A stretch of DNA of 64,000 bases, from assembly GCF_009914755.1 (NCBI RefSeq), contig NC_060928.1; one strand, 5' to 3'. The position numbers were made by a program, and so were the translations under genes. The notes under the pieces are model-generated. The model ran no database searches. It saw nothing but the letters and a program-made list of their open reading frames with translations, and was not told the origin of the DNA. Each line of letters opens with the position of its first letter. The stretch's first letter is position 1. The DNA comes from the human T2T-CHM13v2.0 reference genome, Homo sapiens. Of this stretch, positions 46,848 through 61,044 are shown piece after piece.

Positions 46848-48582
46848 CTCTAACACATAGAGCTGCACAGGTGTTAGGATGAGGGCAAGAGTGAAGCACA
46901 GCTCAAACAGAGAGAACTTGAAGACATGGGCTACCCATATGAAAGAGAAAAAAGTCCTATTCACATCCTGGAACAAAGATTGCTATCTTCGGAACACGGA
47001 TAACAGGAATATCAGCACAGTGGTGGGTGGCATCGTGCGTGAACTTGGAAGACAATGACCACAGATGATCAGGAGCTTATCTCAGCTTGCCTCAAACTAC
47101 CTTCCCCAGGGCATTTGGTGATTACGCACATCCCGGCCCATCTGTTGCTAATTGCAATAAAGACCAGGATCTGTTATATCACTGAGGTGAAACCTCATCA
47201 AGTTTTAGAGGAAATAAATCTACGAGATGCTCCATAAAAGTAATCTCTACTTTTTGGCATCCAAATCTGTCAACCATTGATGAGGCAAGCAGGAAACCTA
47301 ATGAAAATAATACAAGGAAATCTTCTCATCAACACCCATCCCTAATGTCTCAGCTGTCAGGTCATTGTTTTGGCTTCTTGGGGTGGAATCTGCATCGACA
47401 GCCAGTATCAGAAGCGCTGACTTTAAACAAGGCAAGCAGTCATTTTTACCATGTGGTCCAAATCAGTTAAAGGGTGCCAGCCCTGCCTCAATTTAAATGG
47501 GTTGGTTTTTAAGTGTGTTTATATTCTAGTTTCTCTCACTCTCATGCGCAAGCAAACACACACACTTCTAGACACTGGGCCTTTAGTGTTTGTGATGTAG
47601 GCATCTATATTTTTTCCCCTAAGGAACATGCACAGAAAAATTTCTGTGGGTTAAAAAGCCTTTGCTTTATTGGCAAGGATAGCAATGGAACTAATTTGGT
47701 GTTTTGCGTTGACGCCTTCTTTCTCCTGACTTGTGTAATAAGATCGTTATATAAGATGATAATTACCTTACTTGATCTGTAAGGAGAATTAAATATGAGG
47801 ATAACTTTCTACTATGCCCTCTAAAACGTCCTGGTGAAGAACTTAATATAAGCCTATGATAAAGGTTGAACCCTGGGAACATAAATTCTGTTGGGGTGTA
47901 TGCATTGAGGTAAGCAGAGTTGCGTGCTGGGTGTGTGAAGGCAGAGAAGGGGACAGGGCAGGGCAGGATATCCTCTTCATCAGCATTATACATTGCTTTT
48001 CTCATCATTATCGTGGCAGAGTCACACAAATTATCCTGGTCCAAACACTTAGAGGGCCATAAACTGAACCCACCCTTCCATTAGGTTCAAAGGAAAATGA
48101 TTACACAAGGAAACTTGTCATGTCCTGTCTAGATAGATAATGTAGCCGGATAATGAAGATTAAAAAATGGCCTGGTGGCACTGTGAAGAGGTTAAAGTAC
48201 TACTGCAAGGTGCAAAGGAAACATGAATGATCCAAATCCTAGAAGAAAACACAGCTTAGCAGCAGAAGGATTGTTTATATTATAATAACAGGCTCATTCT
48301 TTTCTAACTCATAGGTAGCATTTCCTTTTGACTCTTTGAGCAGAAAAGCAAGAGTGGGCAGAAATGACCTCAGTAGATAAGCAAGGCATTATACTGGTGC
48401 TTTGGTGCTTGATAGGAGTTCAATACATAATTTTATTCTTAAAAAAATCACTTAGTAAGGACCTAATATGTGCTAAGCACTGGTTAGGAGATACAAAATA
48501 CAAGGAAAATAAGGACATGGTTTCTGAACTCCAGGAATGTAAAATGGAATTGGAGGTGATAGATACACTAATTATTGTTAAG

Positions 48583-48803
48583 AATGGGTTGTCAAATTAT
48601 GGCCCATGAGCCAAATCTAGCCCACTGCCTGTTTTTGTGAATAAAGTTTGATTGGAGCACAGCCCTGCCCATTCATTTATATGTTGTCTGTGCCTGCTTT
48701 TACACTTCAACAGCAGTGTTAAATAGTTACAACAGAGACCGAGACCCTATGGCTTCCAAAGTGTGAAATATTTAATATCTGGTACTTTACATAAATGTCC
48801 CTG
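48583..48803. mobile_element. MER58A
   Basis: tatggcccatgagccaaatctagcccactgcctgtttttgtgaataaagttt ... aaatatttaatatctgg. Confidence 0.9.
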
Positions 48804-48849
48804 TAGCTAGGACAGTAGGTATGTAGCCTACATTAATGTCGCATACATG

Positions 48850-49045
48850 GAAGTAAACACTTTTTGAACACTACTGTAGTTAGTGTACCAACGTCCATTG
48901 TGGTAACTACCATATTACCCACATTTTGGAGATTAAAAAATGTACCTTAAACATTAAATACTTTAAGTTCTCAATGTCACATGAGCAATATGGATTTGAA
49001 ACCATACATTCCGATTTTTACAGCCCATGCTCTTAACTGATACCC
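48850..49045 (-). mobile_element. MIR
   Basis: attacccacattttggagat ... ggatttgaaacca ... agcccatgctcttaac. Confidence 0.65.
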
Positions 49046-49269
49046 TCTGTAGACAAGAGCTGTACATATTCAATAGGAACAGATATGTCTTTGTCAATTT
49101 TCATATCAAGGTGTTCAAGAATTAATTTTCTTTTCTTTCTATAACCGAATTAAATTCTCCCTTGTATTTTCTTTTTCCTGTTTGCAGAATCCTGTTTAGT
49201 TTTAGAAAAAGAGCCAATTCAAAGTTTGTCCTCTTCTTTATTTGATAGTTTAATCATTGTTCTCAAGGC

Positions 49270-49706
49270 TGTGCTAGATTGATAACCATGGTTCTAACCT
49301 TCACCCTTTCTGTATCCTGGCCCTCTACCATATAACTTTACAGTGTATTTCTGACTGTGATGGGGTGTATTTCTCCTCCGGACACAGCTCTGTGACTTTT
49401 TTTGATCAGTGGGATATTAGCAGACATGATAGAAAGAAACGGAAAGTCCTCAAGTGACTAGGCTTATCCTCTCTTCTTCCTCTGCTACTCAGCCGTATTC
49501 TCATGGCAGTAGAAACAGCAGAAAATAAGAAACATGTGAAACAGAGCCAAGTCACCTCCAGTGCTTCAACTCACAGCCGGCTGATTTCAAGACAAGTAAA
49601 AAAAAGTCCAGAAAAAAAATAAACAATAGATGTTTATCATTGTATCCACTGAGAGCTTATGGTTATTTGCTATGCAATGTAATTTTGGTAATAGGCAACG
49701 GGTACA
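49270..49706 (+). mobile_element. MLT1H/I-like MaLR LTR
   Basis: tgtgctagattg ... tgggatattagcagacatga ... ccactgaga..atggttatttgctatgca. Confidence 0.75.
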
Positions 49707-50254
49707 GGGGAATATATAACATAGAGACAGTGGGCAGAGAGTAGGAGAGTATGTCGGTCTGGTTCTTTGTTATTATTGCTTCCTAATGCCATCTTCTGAG
49801 AAGCAGATCATCCAATCTGAACCCTGAGCATCATGACCCCTCCAAATTGGAGCTTAGAAATATGTAAGTGGGGAGTTAAAGAATACAAAAGCACCAAAGA
49901 GCTGGAAAAGCAGGATGGATACCACTGAAGAGTAAGTTAGTGACCTAGAAGACTAAGCATAAGTTTTTAGAAAACAAATTACGGAAAAAATTTAAAAAGA
50001 AGACAGTAGGATAAAGGTTAATGAGATGTAAAAATAGATCCCAAAGTTATACTATCAGAAATACCAGAAGAGAGAAAAATTCATCTCAGAATCGAATAAA
50101 TAAATTCTCAAATTGGAAAAGACTCACAAAGTTCCAAGAAATATGAATGCTTTTAATAAGTAAAATTTAACCCTCAACATACCCCTATGATATAGGTAAT
50201 ATGATATCACAATTTCACAGATGGGTAACTAAGATATGAAGATTTTAATCTTCC

Positions 50255-50470
50255 TAGCCACTTTATATGTTGACACTCATCCCCATGACATTGTTAATTC
50301 TCAAAACCATTCTTTGAAATATGCGCTATAATTATTCCAGGCTAACAGATGGAAAACTAGAGCATAGAGAAATTAAGTAATTTATGCAAGGTCATGCAGG
50401 TAATAAGTGCCAGAAATGGGTCTCTAACCAAGATGTCCTGGCTCAAAAGTTATATGCTTAACCATTATGC
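50255..50470 (-). mobile_element. MIR
   Basis: acagatggaaaactagagcatagagaaattaagtaatttatgcaaggtca. Confidence 0.8.
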
Positions 50471-51100
50471 CATTGTTGCCATATAGCTGACTGAATGGAA
50501 AGTTACAAGTAAACACAAATGGAACTTTTAATTCTCATTGCATACAGATTTTAAAAAATCATGAAGCAGTATCTTCAAACTTCAGAGTGTGCGTATATAT
50601 ATATATGTAAATATATATATAAATATTAAGCCAGACTTCTAGATTGGTTTTATTTTCTCATATTGTAATTCAGTCGTGGATTTAGGACTTTTGCTTTGGA
50701 CTATAGTAAAGTGACTGGTATAGGACTTGACCTCCCACCACAAGCAACTAGAAAACTGGAAAAAATATAGAAAAAAGAGCTGTTTTTTAGATATTCGACA
50801 ATGGATAGTATCTGTGATCTGAGAAAAGGACAAATGAGGTATGCTCAACAATTCCTCCTGCTTTCTGCTCAAAAGCACTCATTGGCCTGCAATATGAAAT
50901 TCATCACACTTTAAAAAAGACTAAAAAAATTAGATTCCCACTATTATTTTACCAATAATACATATAATTCAATCAAAATTGTCTAGACATGTACAGAAGA
51001 AGGAAAATATGAACCATAATCAGGAGAAAAATTCTGCAGAAACAGGTCCCGAGATAACAGAGATACAGGAAGTGGCAGACAGGGACTTTACAAGAGCTAT

Positions 51101-52265
<1,165 letters not shown>

Positions 52266-52557
52266 ATATTACAATATGGTTAAGGATTTCCAGAAAAAAA
52301 ATACGGATAAGAAGAGAAATGAAAGACATCGTTTTAAATCAGTGGAATTTCTAGAAAAGAAAAACACAATGTTTGAAATGAAAAATTAATTGTATCGGCT
52401 TCATAGAAGATTAGACATTGGAAAAGTAAAAAACAGTAAAACTGAAGATATGACAAGAGAATAATTCTGAAATGAAAACAGAGAGAAACAGGTTTAAAAA
52501 AAAGTGACTAAGTCTCGATGACTTGTGACATCAAGTGGTAGAACATGGAGATCCATA

Positions 52558-52965
<408 letters not shown>

Positions 52966-54310
52966 TCAAATATAATAAAGAAATAAAATAACACTGAGTC
53001 ACATCACAATCAAAAGGCTAAAAACTAGAGATAAGAGACAATCTTAAAGAGGCAGAGTAAAAAAGATGGACATATTACCTACAGGCAAGTAAAGTTAAAA
53101 TTAACCACATGCTTTTAAGAAAACAATGGAAGCCAGAGTTTAGTGAAGTAATAATTTTAAAGTTCTGAAATAAAAAAATTCAATGTGAAATTCTACATCT
53201 AATAAAAATATTTTTTAGAAATAAGGGAGAAATAAATATTTTTAGACAAAGAAACCTGAGAGATTTACTGTCAGTAATGTGTACTGTAAGAAATATTAAA
53301 GTTTTCCTCAGGTAGAAGAAAAATAAGAACAAATAGAAACTTGGAAGGCCACCACAAGTAGTAAATATGTGGGTAAATACTGACATTTAAAAATATATAA
53401 TTAAATGTCTAAATTTTAAAAAGTATGTTGAAATTTATAACACATGTAGAAGTAAAAGTATGTACTAGAAGCACTAACACAGGGATAGAAGATGAAAAAT
53501 GAAAGTATTTTGTTGTAAAGCTTTTTTATTACACATAATGTGGTATGATATTATTTGAATGCAGGCAGTTATAAGTTAAAGATACTTATTGTAAACTCTA
53601 AAGCAATCACTACAAAAATTAGAAATAGAACAGCTAATAATTCAATGATGGAGAAAAAGTATAATATAATATGCAAATATGCTGAACGCAAAAAAGGCAG
53701 AAGCACAAGAAACAAATAAAAAGCGTGACAAATAGAAAATAAATAGCAAGATAATAGATTGAAGTCCAACCATACTGATAATCAATTAAATATAAATGGC
53801 CTAAATACTATAGTTAAAAGGCAGATAGGTAACTGCCGTAGACTGTATTACCTCCCAGAGCTCCAGGAGTCATATTAACTTTGTTTTCCCCACTTTTCCC
53901 TCATATCACTGATATGCTGTGGTTTAATCTGAATCAAATTTAAGTGCATGAGACAGAGCTACAGTAGGAGAAATAGCAGCCACCAAGCTGGCTTTAGAGA
54001 TTTGTAGAAATAGTAATGTCATGTCTATTAAAAAGCCCATTGTGAAGGGAGATCTGCCGGATTTACAAGTTCTCTACCGCGTCACAAGCACCACTAGAAC
54101 TACCAGTACCACCAGTAAGTATTACAGTGATAGGGAGGAAATAGATGGTGAAGGTTATAAGGTTTGCAAGGAGGAGAGGAGGATTTGCAATATGCAAGAT
54201 ATGCATAAGATGAACAATTATAATGAATCTCTTGATGAGGGAGAAGATAATACAGTAGACAGGGAAGGCCAATAACTGGGCCAGGACCAGGGAATAATCT
54301 AGGACAGGTA

Positions 54311-54405
54311 CCAGTAACTAGGTTCCATGGGTCCAATCCAGCCCATAAAATCTAAGATGTTTACTCTCTGGCCCTTTACAGAAAAATTTGCAGCTTCCTG
54401 GTATA
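54311..54405. mobile_element. Internally deleted MER58
   Basis: ccatgggtccaatccagccc joined directly to taagatgtttactctctggccctttacagaaaaatttgc. Confidence 0.8.
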
Positions 54406-54643
54406 GAGGGAAGGAAAAAAAGTTGCCTCAAGGAAACCCTGGGGCATCTCCACACTTGCTGCACCCTTTGCCAAGCTGCTGGTGGCTCAGGGCCTGAAAT
54501 CTCACATTAAACCCTTTTGAGATGTTGCAAGGTCCTGACCTCCTTGACTTCTCTTGGACCATCAGCCCGCTCCTAAATCTCTTGAGGCAGAACCCCCATG
54601 TGGGCAGCATTTTGCTTCTTGTTTGCCAAGTTTGCAAGTTGAG

Positions 54644-54646
<3 letters not shown>

Positions 54647-54685
<39 letters not shown>
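54647..54685. repeat. (CT)n microsatellite at the Alu tail
   Basis: Uninterrupted CT run. Confidence 0.95.
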
Positions 54686-54690
<5 letters not shown>

Positions 54691-55059
54691 GAGAAAGAGT
54701 CTTGCTCTGTCACCCAGGCTGGAGTGTAGTGGTATGATCTCGGCTCACTGCACTGCAGCTTCCACCTCCTGGGTGCAAGTGATCCTCCTGCCTCAGCATC
54801 CTGAGTAGCTGAAATTACAGTATGATCTCGGCTCACTGCAACCCCCACCTCCTGGGTGCAAGTGATCCTCCTGCCTCAGCCTCCCGAGTGGCTGGAATTA
54901 CAGGTCGCACCACCACACCCGGCTAATTTTTGTGTTTTCAGTAGAGGTGGGGTTTTGCCATGTTGCCTATACTGACCTCGAACTCTTGGCCTCAAGTGAT
55001 CCACCCACCTTAGCCTCCCAAAGTGCCGAGATTACAGGTGTGAGCCACTGCACCTGGCC
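54686..55059 (-). mobile_element. AluJ with an internal tandem duplication
   Basis: aagtgatcctcctgcc, ggcctcaagtgatcc; right-arm segment present twice. Confidence 0.92.
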
Positions 55060-56056
55060 TCTATCTTTCTTTAATAAAGACATGGCACTAATTGAATAAA
55101 ATCCAGACGTTGTCAGACTGGAAAAAAAGAACTCACTATTTCTGTCCATAAGAAACCTACTTAAATATAAAGACATATTTAAAAGACAGAAAAAGATGTA
55201 GCAGGCAAGGACTATTCATGAAGAAATAGGAGTGGCTATATTAGTATCCAGAAAATGTAGGCCCAGGACAAGCATTATTGCCAGACATAAAGTGGGACAT
55301 TTTGAGTCAATTCATTAAGAAGCAGTAACACTCCTAAATAAGTATGTGCTAAATAACAGAGCTTCAAAATACATCAACTGAAAATATAGAAAATCAACAA
55401 TTATAACTGGAGATTTCAACAATCCTCTTTCAGTAAATGATACAAGTGGCCAAAAATACCGGGAAGAATGTAAAAGACCTAAACAATACTATCAAACAAC
55501 TTGACATGTGATATTTATAGAACAAGTTATCAACAAGAGTAGAATATGTATTCTTTTCAGGTGTACCTGATAAATTCACCAAGTCTCTAGAAAGCTAATG
55601 ACTTAAGTATTACAGACTGTTTTCTGACTACAATGAAATTAAATTGGAAATAAATAATAAAAAGATATCTGTAAAAATCCCCAAATATTTGGACATTGAG
55701 TAATACATTTTTAAATAACCAATAAATCAGTTAACTAATAATAAGGAAAATCAGAATATATTTTGAAGTGAATGAGCATAAAGACACAGCATGACAAAAT
55801 TTGGGGGATGCAGCTAAAGCATCCTTAAAACAATTTAGAATTTTGAATGTGTATATTAGAAAATAAGAAAGTTCTCAAATCAGTGATGTACATTGCCATC
55901 TAAAGAAGTTAGACAAAGCAGTTGAAATAAACATAAAAGTAATAAAGAAATCAGTAAAATAGAAAACAGATAAACCATGGAGAAAATTAATAAAGCTAAA
56001 ATATGTCTCATTCCAAACATCAATAAAATTAAAAATACTTTTAACTAGACCAGTTA

Positions 56057-56058
<2 letters not shown>

Positions 56059-56102
<44 letters not shown>
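56059..56102. repeat. (CA)n microsatellite
   Basis: Uninterrupted CA run. Confidence 0.97.
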
Positions 56103-56104
<2 letters not shown>

Positions 56105-56155
56105 GCACAAATTACAAATATCAGGAATGAGAGAAGTGGACATCACTCTAGATTC

Positions 56156-56603
56156 TGTGGTAGCTAAGATGACCTCAGTGATTCCCACTTCTTGGTATGC
56201 ATGCCTTTGTGTATTCCACTCCACATTGAGAGAGAGAAGAAATATAACCAAAAAGATACTGTGGAAATAACCAAGTGTCGCTTCCAACATTAGGCCTTAA
56301 AGATGTTTTCCACTGGATCACTCACTCTGGGAGAAGCCAACTGTCATGTCCTTACCACAAACAAGAAGCTAAGGCTTCTTCCAGTCAGCCCTTCAGATGG
56401 CTGCAGCCCTAGCTGACCCTCCTTCCAGTCAGCCCTTCAGATGACTGCAGCCCTAGCTGACATCTTGATGACAACTTCATGAGCGATCCTGAGCCAGACC
56501 ACTCATATAATCTACTCTTCAGTTCCTGATGCATTGACTGAGTGAGCTTTTAAATATTTGTTAAACATCTAAGGTTTTGTTTATGCAGCAATAGATAATA
56601 CCA
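56156..56603 (+). mobile_element. MLT1F-like MaLR LTR
   Basis: tgtggtagctaagatgacctcagtgattcccac ... ccttcagatgactgcagccc ... tatgcagcaatagataa. Confidence 0.88.
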
Positions 56604-58547
56604 GTTCTATAGAAAGAAAATAAGAAAATATTATAAGCAACTTTATATCAATAAATATGATGACTTAGAAAACATTGACAAATTCTTTGAAAGACAAAAT
56701 TGTGACATAAAGAAATGAAAAATCAGAGAAAGCCTATATCCATGAAATCAATTGAATTCATAAATAAAAACAGTTCCACAATGAACTTCAGGCCATGATA
56801 GCTTCACTGACTGGTGAATTCTATTAAACATGCTAGAAGAAAACAATACCCATAATACATAAACTTTTTGAGAAAACAGAGGAAAAGAGAACATTCACCA
56901 GTTGATTGCATGGAGCCCAACATAACTCTAATATTAAACCTGATCAAGACATAACAATAGAAAGACCAGTATCTTCATGAACACATTGTAAACATCTTTA
57001 ACTAAAAATAGATTGAATCCTAATTTGATTTTGATTTTGATTGTATAATACAGTGGACTTGAAAGAAAAACTAATCTAGGTATGGATATCCTGAAAATGT
57101 AGGTGAATGTTTTTTTCTAATATACATTGCTTGAAAACATGATTCCAAATTATAATGGATATTTGACGCTCAGAGAATGTGTCCACTGGGAGTTGTGATT
57201 CCCCCTCTCTCATCAGTGAGATGAGTTTAGCCAGTGAGGTTATATCAGGAGGATAGGTACAAATTTACTACTTCTACTACACATTTAATCAACTCTTACC
57301 TGCTACTATTGAAGTATTTGACTTGGGAACTCTTCTCTTGACAGAGCTGAGTGTAAGTAATGTTTGCATAGGATGATGATTTATATCTATGTAGTATATT
57401 CCTGTAGTGACAATAACAGTGTATACAATATCAGCAAAACAATTTCCCTAAAGAAAGTTTTGAGGGTAAAATGTCAAAAAGTAAACTCCACTTAAATGAA
57501 GAACAAAGCAGGCAAAATTGAATTGTAATGCTAAGAAGACTTGGCTTTCTAAAAGGGTAAATTTTTGTGACTTGATTATTAAGTTAATTCAAAGGTCCAT
57601 TACGGTTCTGGGAGCTAGGGTTGTCTTAGCTTTGTTTTTTCATCATGATGAAAGTTGAAATTATGCTTTTGTTAACATGAGAGTGATAACAGAGGACACC
57701 CTCAGTGTCCCAAGAGAAATGGTCATTGTTATCTAATATTCATGGTTGTTACAATTTAAACTATAATATTCCAATAAGATACATTTTAAACATGTTGGAA
57801 AAAAGGTGAGATCATCTAAATTTTGACTGTTTGTTTTCTCCATTTTTCATAGAATGATTTGTTAACATTTCTACTAATATTTACTTAATGGTTGGCTTTG
57901 ATTTTCAATAAGCACATGTTGTTATAATTGCCTGATCCCATTTATGTACAATCATAACCTCAGAGGTTGACCACACACAGGTAGAAGAGGTGAAATGGGA
58001 GATGTACTCCATCCTGCCTTCTGAGACACAGTTCCTATCAGCCTGGCCCCATGCTGTAATTCTTCCATTAGGTTCACCTAAAAGACAAATTGTCTTCAGA
58101 AGACCACATAAAAAGCAGAAGCGGAAGTTGAGACATATAACATATCAAGCAAAAATTATCTAAAATTCTGTGAATACACTTATAAGGGAGGAAATGATTG
58201 CATTTTGCTTGTAATCCCTGAACAGCCAGGTGGTATTGTCAGGTATGCACAGCTATTTAGGGAACAATTAGAGGGAAACAGAGATGATGAAAGTCAGAGG
58301 GGTACTCTTAAGTCAGAGCTTTTCTGCACTTAGGAATTTCCTACCACTTGAAATTGTTTCCAATTCATTTCTAAATTCAGATTCCAATTTCATGCTTTTC
58401 TGGAGCCATGTGAAGTGTATATTTTTCAAAAATATTTATTTGATTAAAGGTGTCTGACCCTATTTTCTTTCAACAGAACTTGTGGGTTTGATTCTCGGTG
58501 ATTTGAGTCTATTTATGGAAATTGCGTGTATCAAAAGTTTGCCTTTC

Positions 58548-58658
58548 AGCTGGGCATGGTGGCTCATTCCTATAGTCCCATCTACTTGAGACTGAGGTGG
58601 GAGGTTTGCTTGAGTCAAGTTCAAGACCAGCCTGGGCGACAGAGTGAGACCCCTTTTC

Positions 58659-58689
<31 letters not shown>

Positions 58690-58692
58690 AAA
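58548..58692 (+). mobile_element. FLAM (Alu monomer) with (TAAA)n tail
   Basis: Single monomer: ctgggcatggtggctca..tagtccca..gaccagcctgggcgacagagtgagacccc. Confidence 0.85.
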
Positions 58693-59748
58693 CAAAGCTT
58701 GCTTTTCAACTAGATTAGGAACTCTGAGTGCATGAATCAAGTTACCTCTTTTATTAAATTTTGCAGTTGCATCTATCATGAACTCTGTATACAAATATGA
58801 AATGTGAAATATAATTCCTCGATTACTAGCAAATTTCCTTCTGCCATTAATATATATTCCTCCTTCCCTCAAAACACCATACATTTTCCTTTACATTTTT
58901 TCTATTCTCCTTTTCTTTTTACCTTCTCTTTTTCAGAAGGAAGTATTTGAGGAATTCTGTCCTGCATCTTGCTTGTTCCTGTGGTCTTGGTGTTTGTCCA
59001 AGTGTGAGACCTGAGGTTACACCTCACATTCGCAGCAATTGTCCTCATGTAAGACACACAAAAAGAGACAGCAAGCAGGATTATCCTAGACTTAGTATAC
59101 GTGACAAGAAAGGCATGAGCTGTAACAAGTAAAAAGCTGTTTTGTTTAAAAAAATAGGGGTTGCTGATGAAGGAATCACATCTGAAAGAAACAACACTTT
59201 TCACGGAGGCCAGATGAAAGGAGCTTAGGGTCTTCCAGTGTGTGTGTGTGTGTGCACACTTGGGCATACTATAAATTAGCCTCAGACAGAGGTCTGCTAT
59301 GACACAGTTAATTCTGAAAAGTTTTCTATAAACTCCAGTGATAATGTTTCTTTTTCAGGTTCATGGAAAACCAGTTTAGCATCACTAACAAGCCACCTTA
59401 CGGGTGTAGATAAAGGACTGGCGCCACAATGTCTATATGGACTAAACTTTTCATTTTCCTCACTTTTTGGTAAGGACCTGAAAACAAAACTGAGTAACTG
59501 CTCTTGCTTGGGATAGAATTGTTCATTGTAGTCTTTGGAAAAAGAAAAGGAAAGGCCAAGAGGTAGCAAAAAACAAACAAACAAACAAACAACAAAATCT
59601 TGCCTGGTTTGCAGTGGGTCTCTCCCTGTTTCCTCTCTTCCCTTGGCCCTTTAGTGCCCAGGGCTCTCATATCACCCATGGCTTTCTCGAGCTGTTCTGC
59701 ATCTCAAAATGGGTTTCCATCTCATTATCCTTCTTTCAAAGATTTCCC

Positions 59749-60033
59749 CAGTGGCTCAGGCCTGTAATCCCAGCACTTTGACAGATTAAGGCAGGAAAAT
59801 TGCTTGAAGCAAGGAGTTTGAGACCAGCTTGGGCAACATAGCAACATCCTGTGTCAACAAAAAATTTTAAAAAAATTAGCTGAGTGTGGTGGCATGCACC
59901 TGCAGTACTAGTCACTTGGGAGGCAGGGGTGGGAGGATCGCTTGAGCCCAGGAGTTCGAGGGAGCAGTGAGCTATGATTGCACTCCAGCCTGGGTGACAG
60001 AGTGAGACCTTGTCTCTAAAAATAATAAAAATA
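59749..60033 (+). mobile_element. AluJ
   Basis: ggaggatcgcttgagcccaggagttcgag..gcagtgagctatgattg; TSD agatttcc. Confidence 0.93.
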
Positions 60034-60444
60034 AGAGATTTCCTTTCTGTCTCTCAGAGAGATATCTCAAATCCAAAAAACTCAACTAAGAAAATTGCCT
60101 GTTGATGTTTCAAATCTTGTAGAATGAAGCTTTAAATTGTTTATCAAAGAAATATTTTGGTAGAAAAAGATCCTTTTATATTGGCTTGAAAATAAAACTG
60201 CTGCTACAATCTTCCATTTTCTCATATCTCCTATTGGAAACTGGGGAACAGGCCATCTTTGGGAAGCTTTGTATCTTTAATGCAGGAATTGGAAATGATA
60301 CAACTCCTACCACTTAGGAAAATCAACTTCATGCTAAACATATTCAATGTCTGCTTTGTCTTGATCCTGACAATCAAAATTAAACATTTTTTGACTTCTC
60401 AGCTTTTGACACCTCCTCCTGCATGAGGGACAACACCATTCAGC

Positions 60445-60935
60445 TGTTGGGAGACAACTGTCCTCGAGTCTCATGTGTTCCTGCATTTGTTGTGAGGAGA
60501 GGCTCTAACGATCTTTGCTTCAGACTATCTTTCCAAGGATATTCGTATGGTGAACAGCACTGAAGGGTAGAGATGGTGTCTCCCACCAGAGCAGAGGAGA
60601 AATTTGTCTTCTGGCCAGTGTAATATAGATACCTTCCTAGAGGGAAAAGGGTGGGCCTATTTGCCTGCACCCCATTAGAAAAGACTGGATTTTATACGCT
60701 CTGGGTTCCTTGGCTCTTCATCATCCTTGTGGGATTTGTGGGCATGGAGAACTGAGAACTGGTGCAGTCATGAAGGTTATGAAGGTCATGCTGTCTTGTA
60801 TTCCATAAGTAATAAAGTTCTTTGTCACCAACCCAGAAGTGTTCTGTCTTTTGCCAGAATCTATTAAGCTGAGGCGGGCTAGACTGTTAGTTTGCAAGCT
60901 GGGTAAAATCTCAGATACTTCACAGTTCTTCATGC
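60445..60935 (+). mobile_element. LTR40-family ERVL solo LTR
   Basis: tgttgggagacaa ... gactatctttccaaggat ... agtaataaag ... ggtaaaatctcagatacttcacagttct. Confidence 0.88.
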
Positions 60936-61044
60936 CAGACAGTTATCTTTAGACTTTTCCAGATGGCAATCAGGAATAAACTCTATTCTCAAACCCTTAG
61001 GAATATACGGTTCAAGTTCACTCAAGAACTTGTACCATGATGGG

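Larger units (their letters stand above)
53829..55108. other. Unassigned composite insert in the L1M EN region (probably an old solo LTR with nested MER58 and Alu)
   Basis: L1 text ttaaaaggcagat stops at 53828 and resumes as ttgtcagactgg near 55110; AATAAA twice near the right end. Confidence 0.5.

Noticed and set aside
49890-50150. Possible L1M or HAL1 ORF1 fragment
   Set aside because: Similarity is suggestive but boundaries and family could not be supported.
54021-54275. 84-aa acidic ORF as a processed pseudogene (YBX1-like) or NUMT
   Set aside because: Only compositional resemblance; no sustained alignment to a protein or mitochondrial gene that I can recall, and no poly(A) plus TSD.
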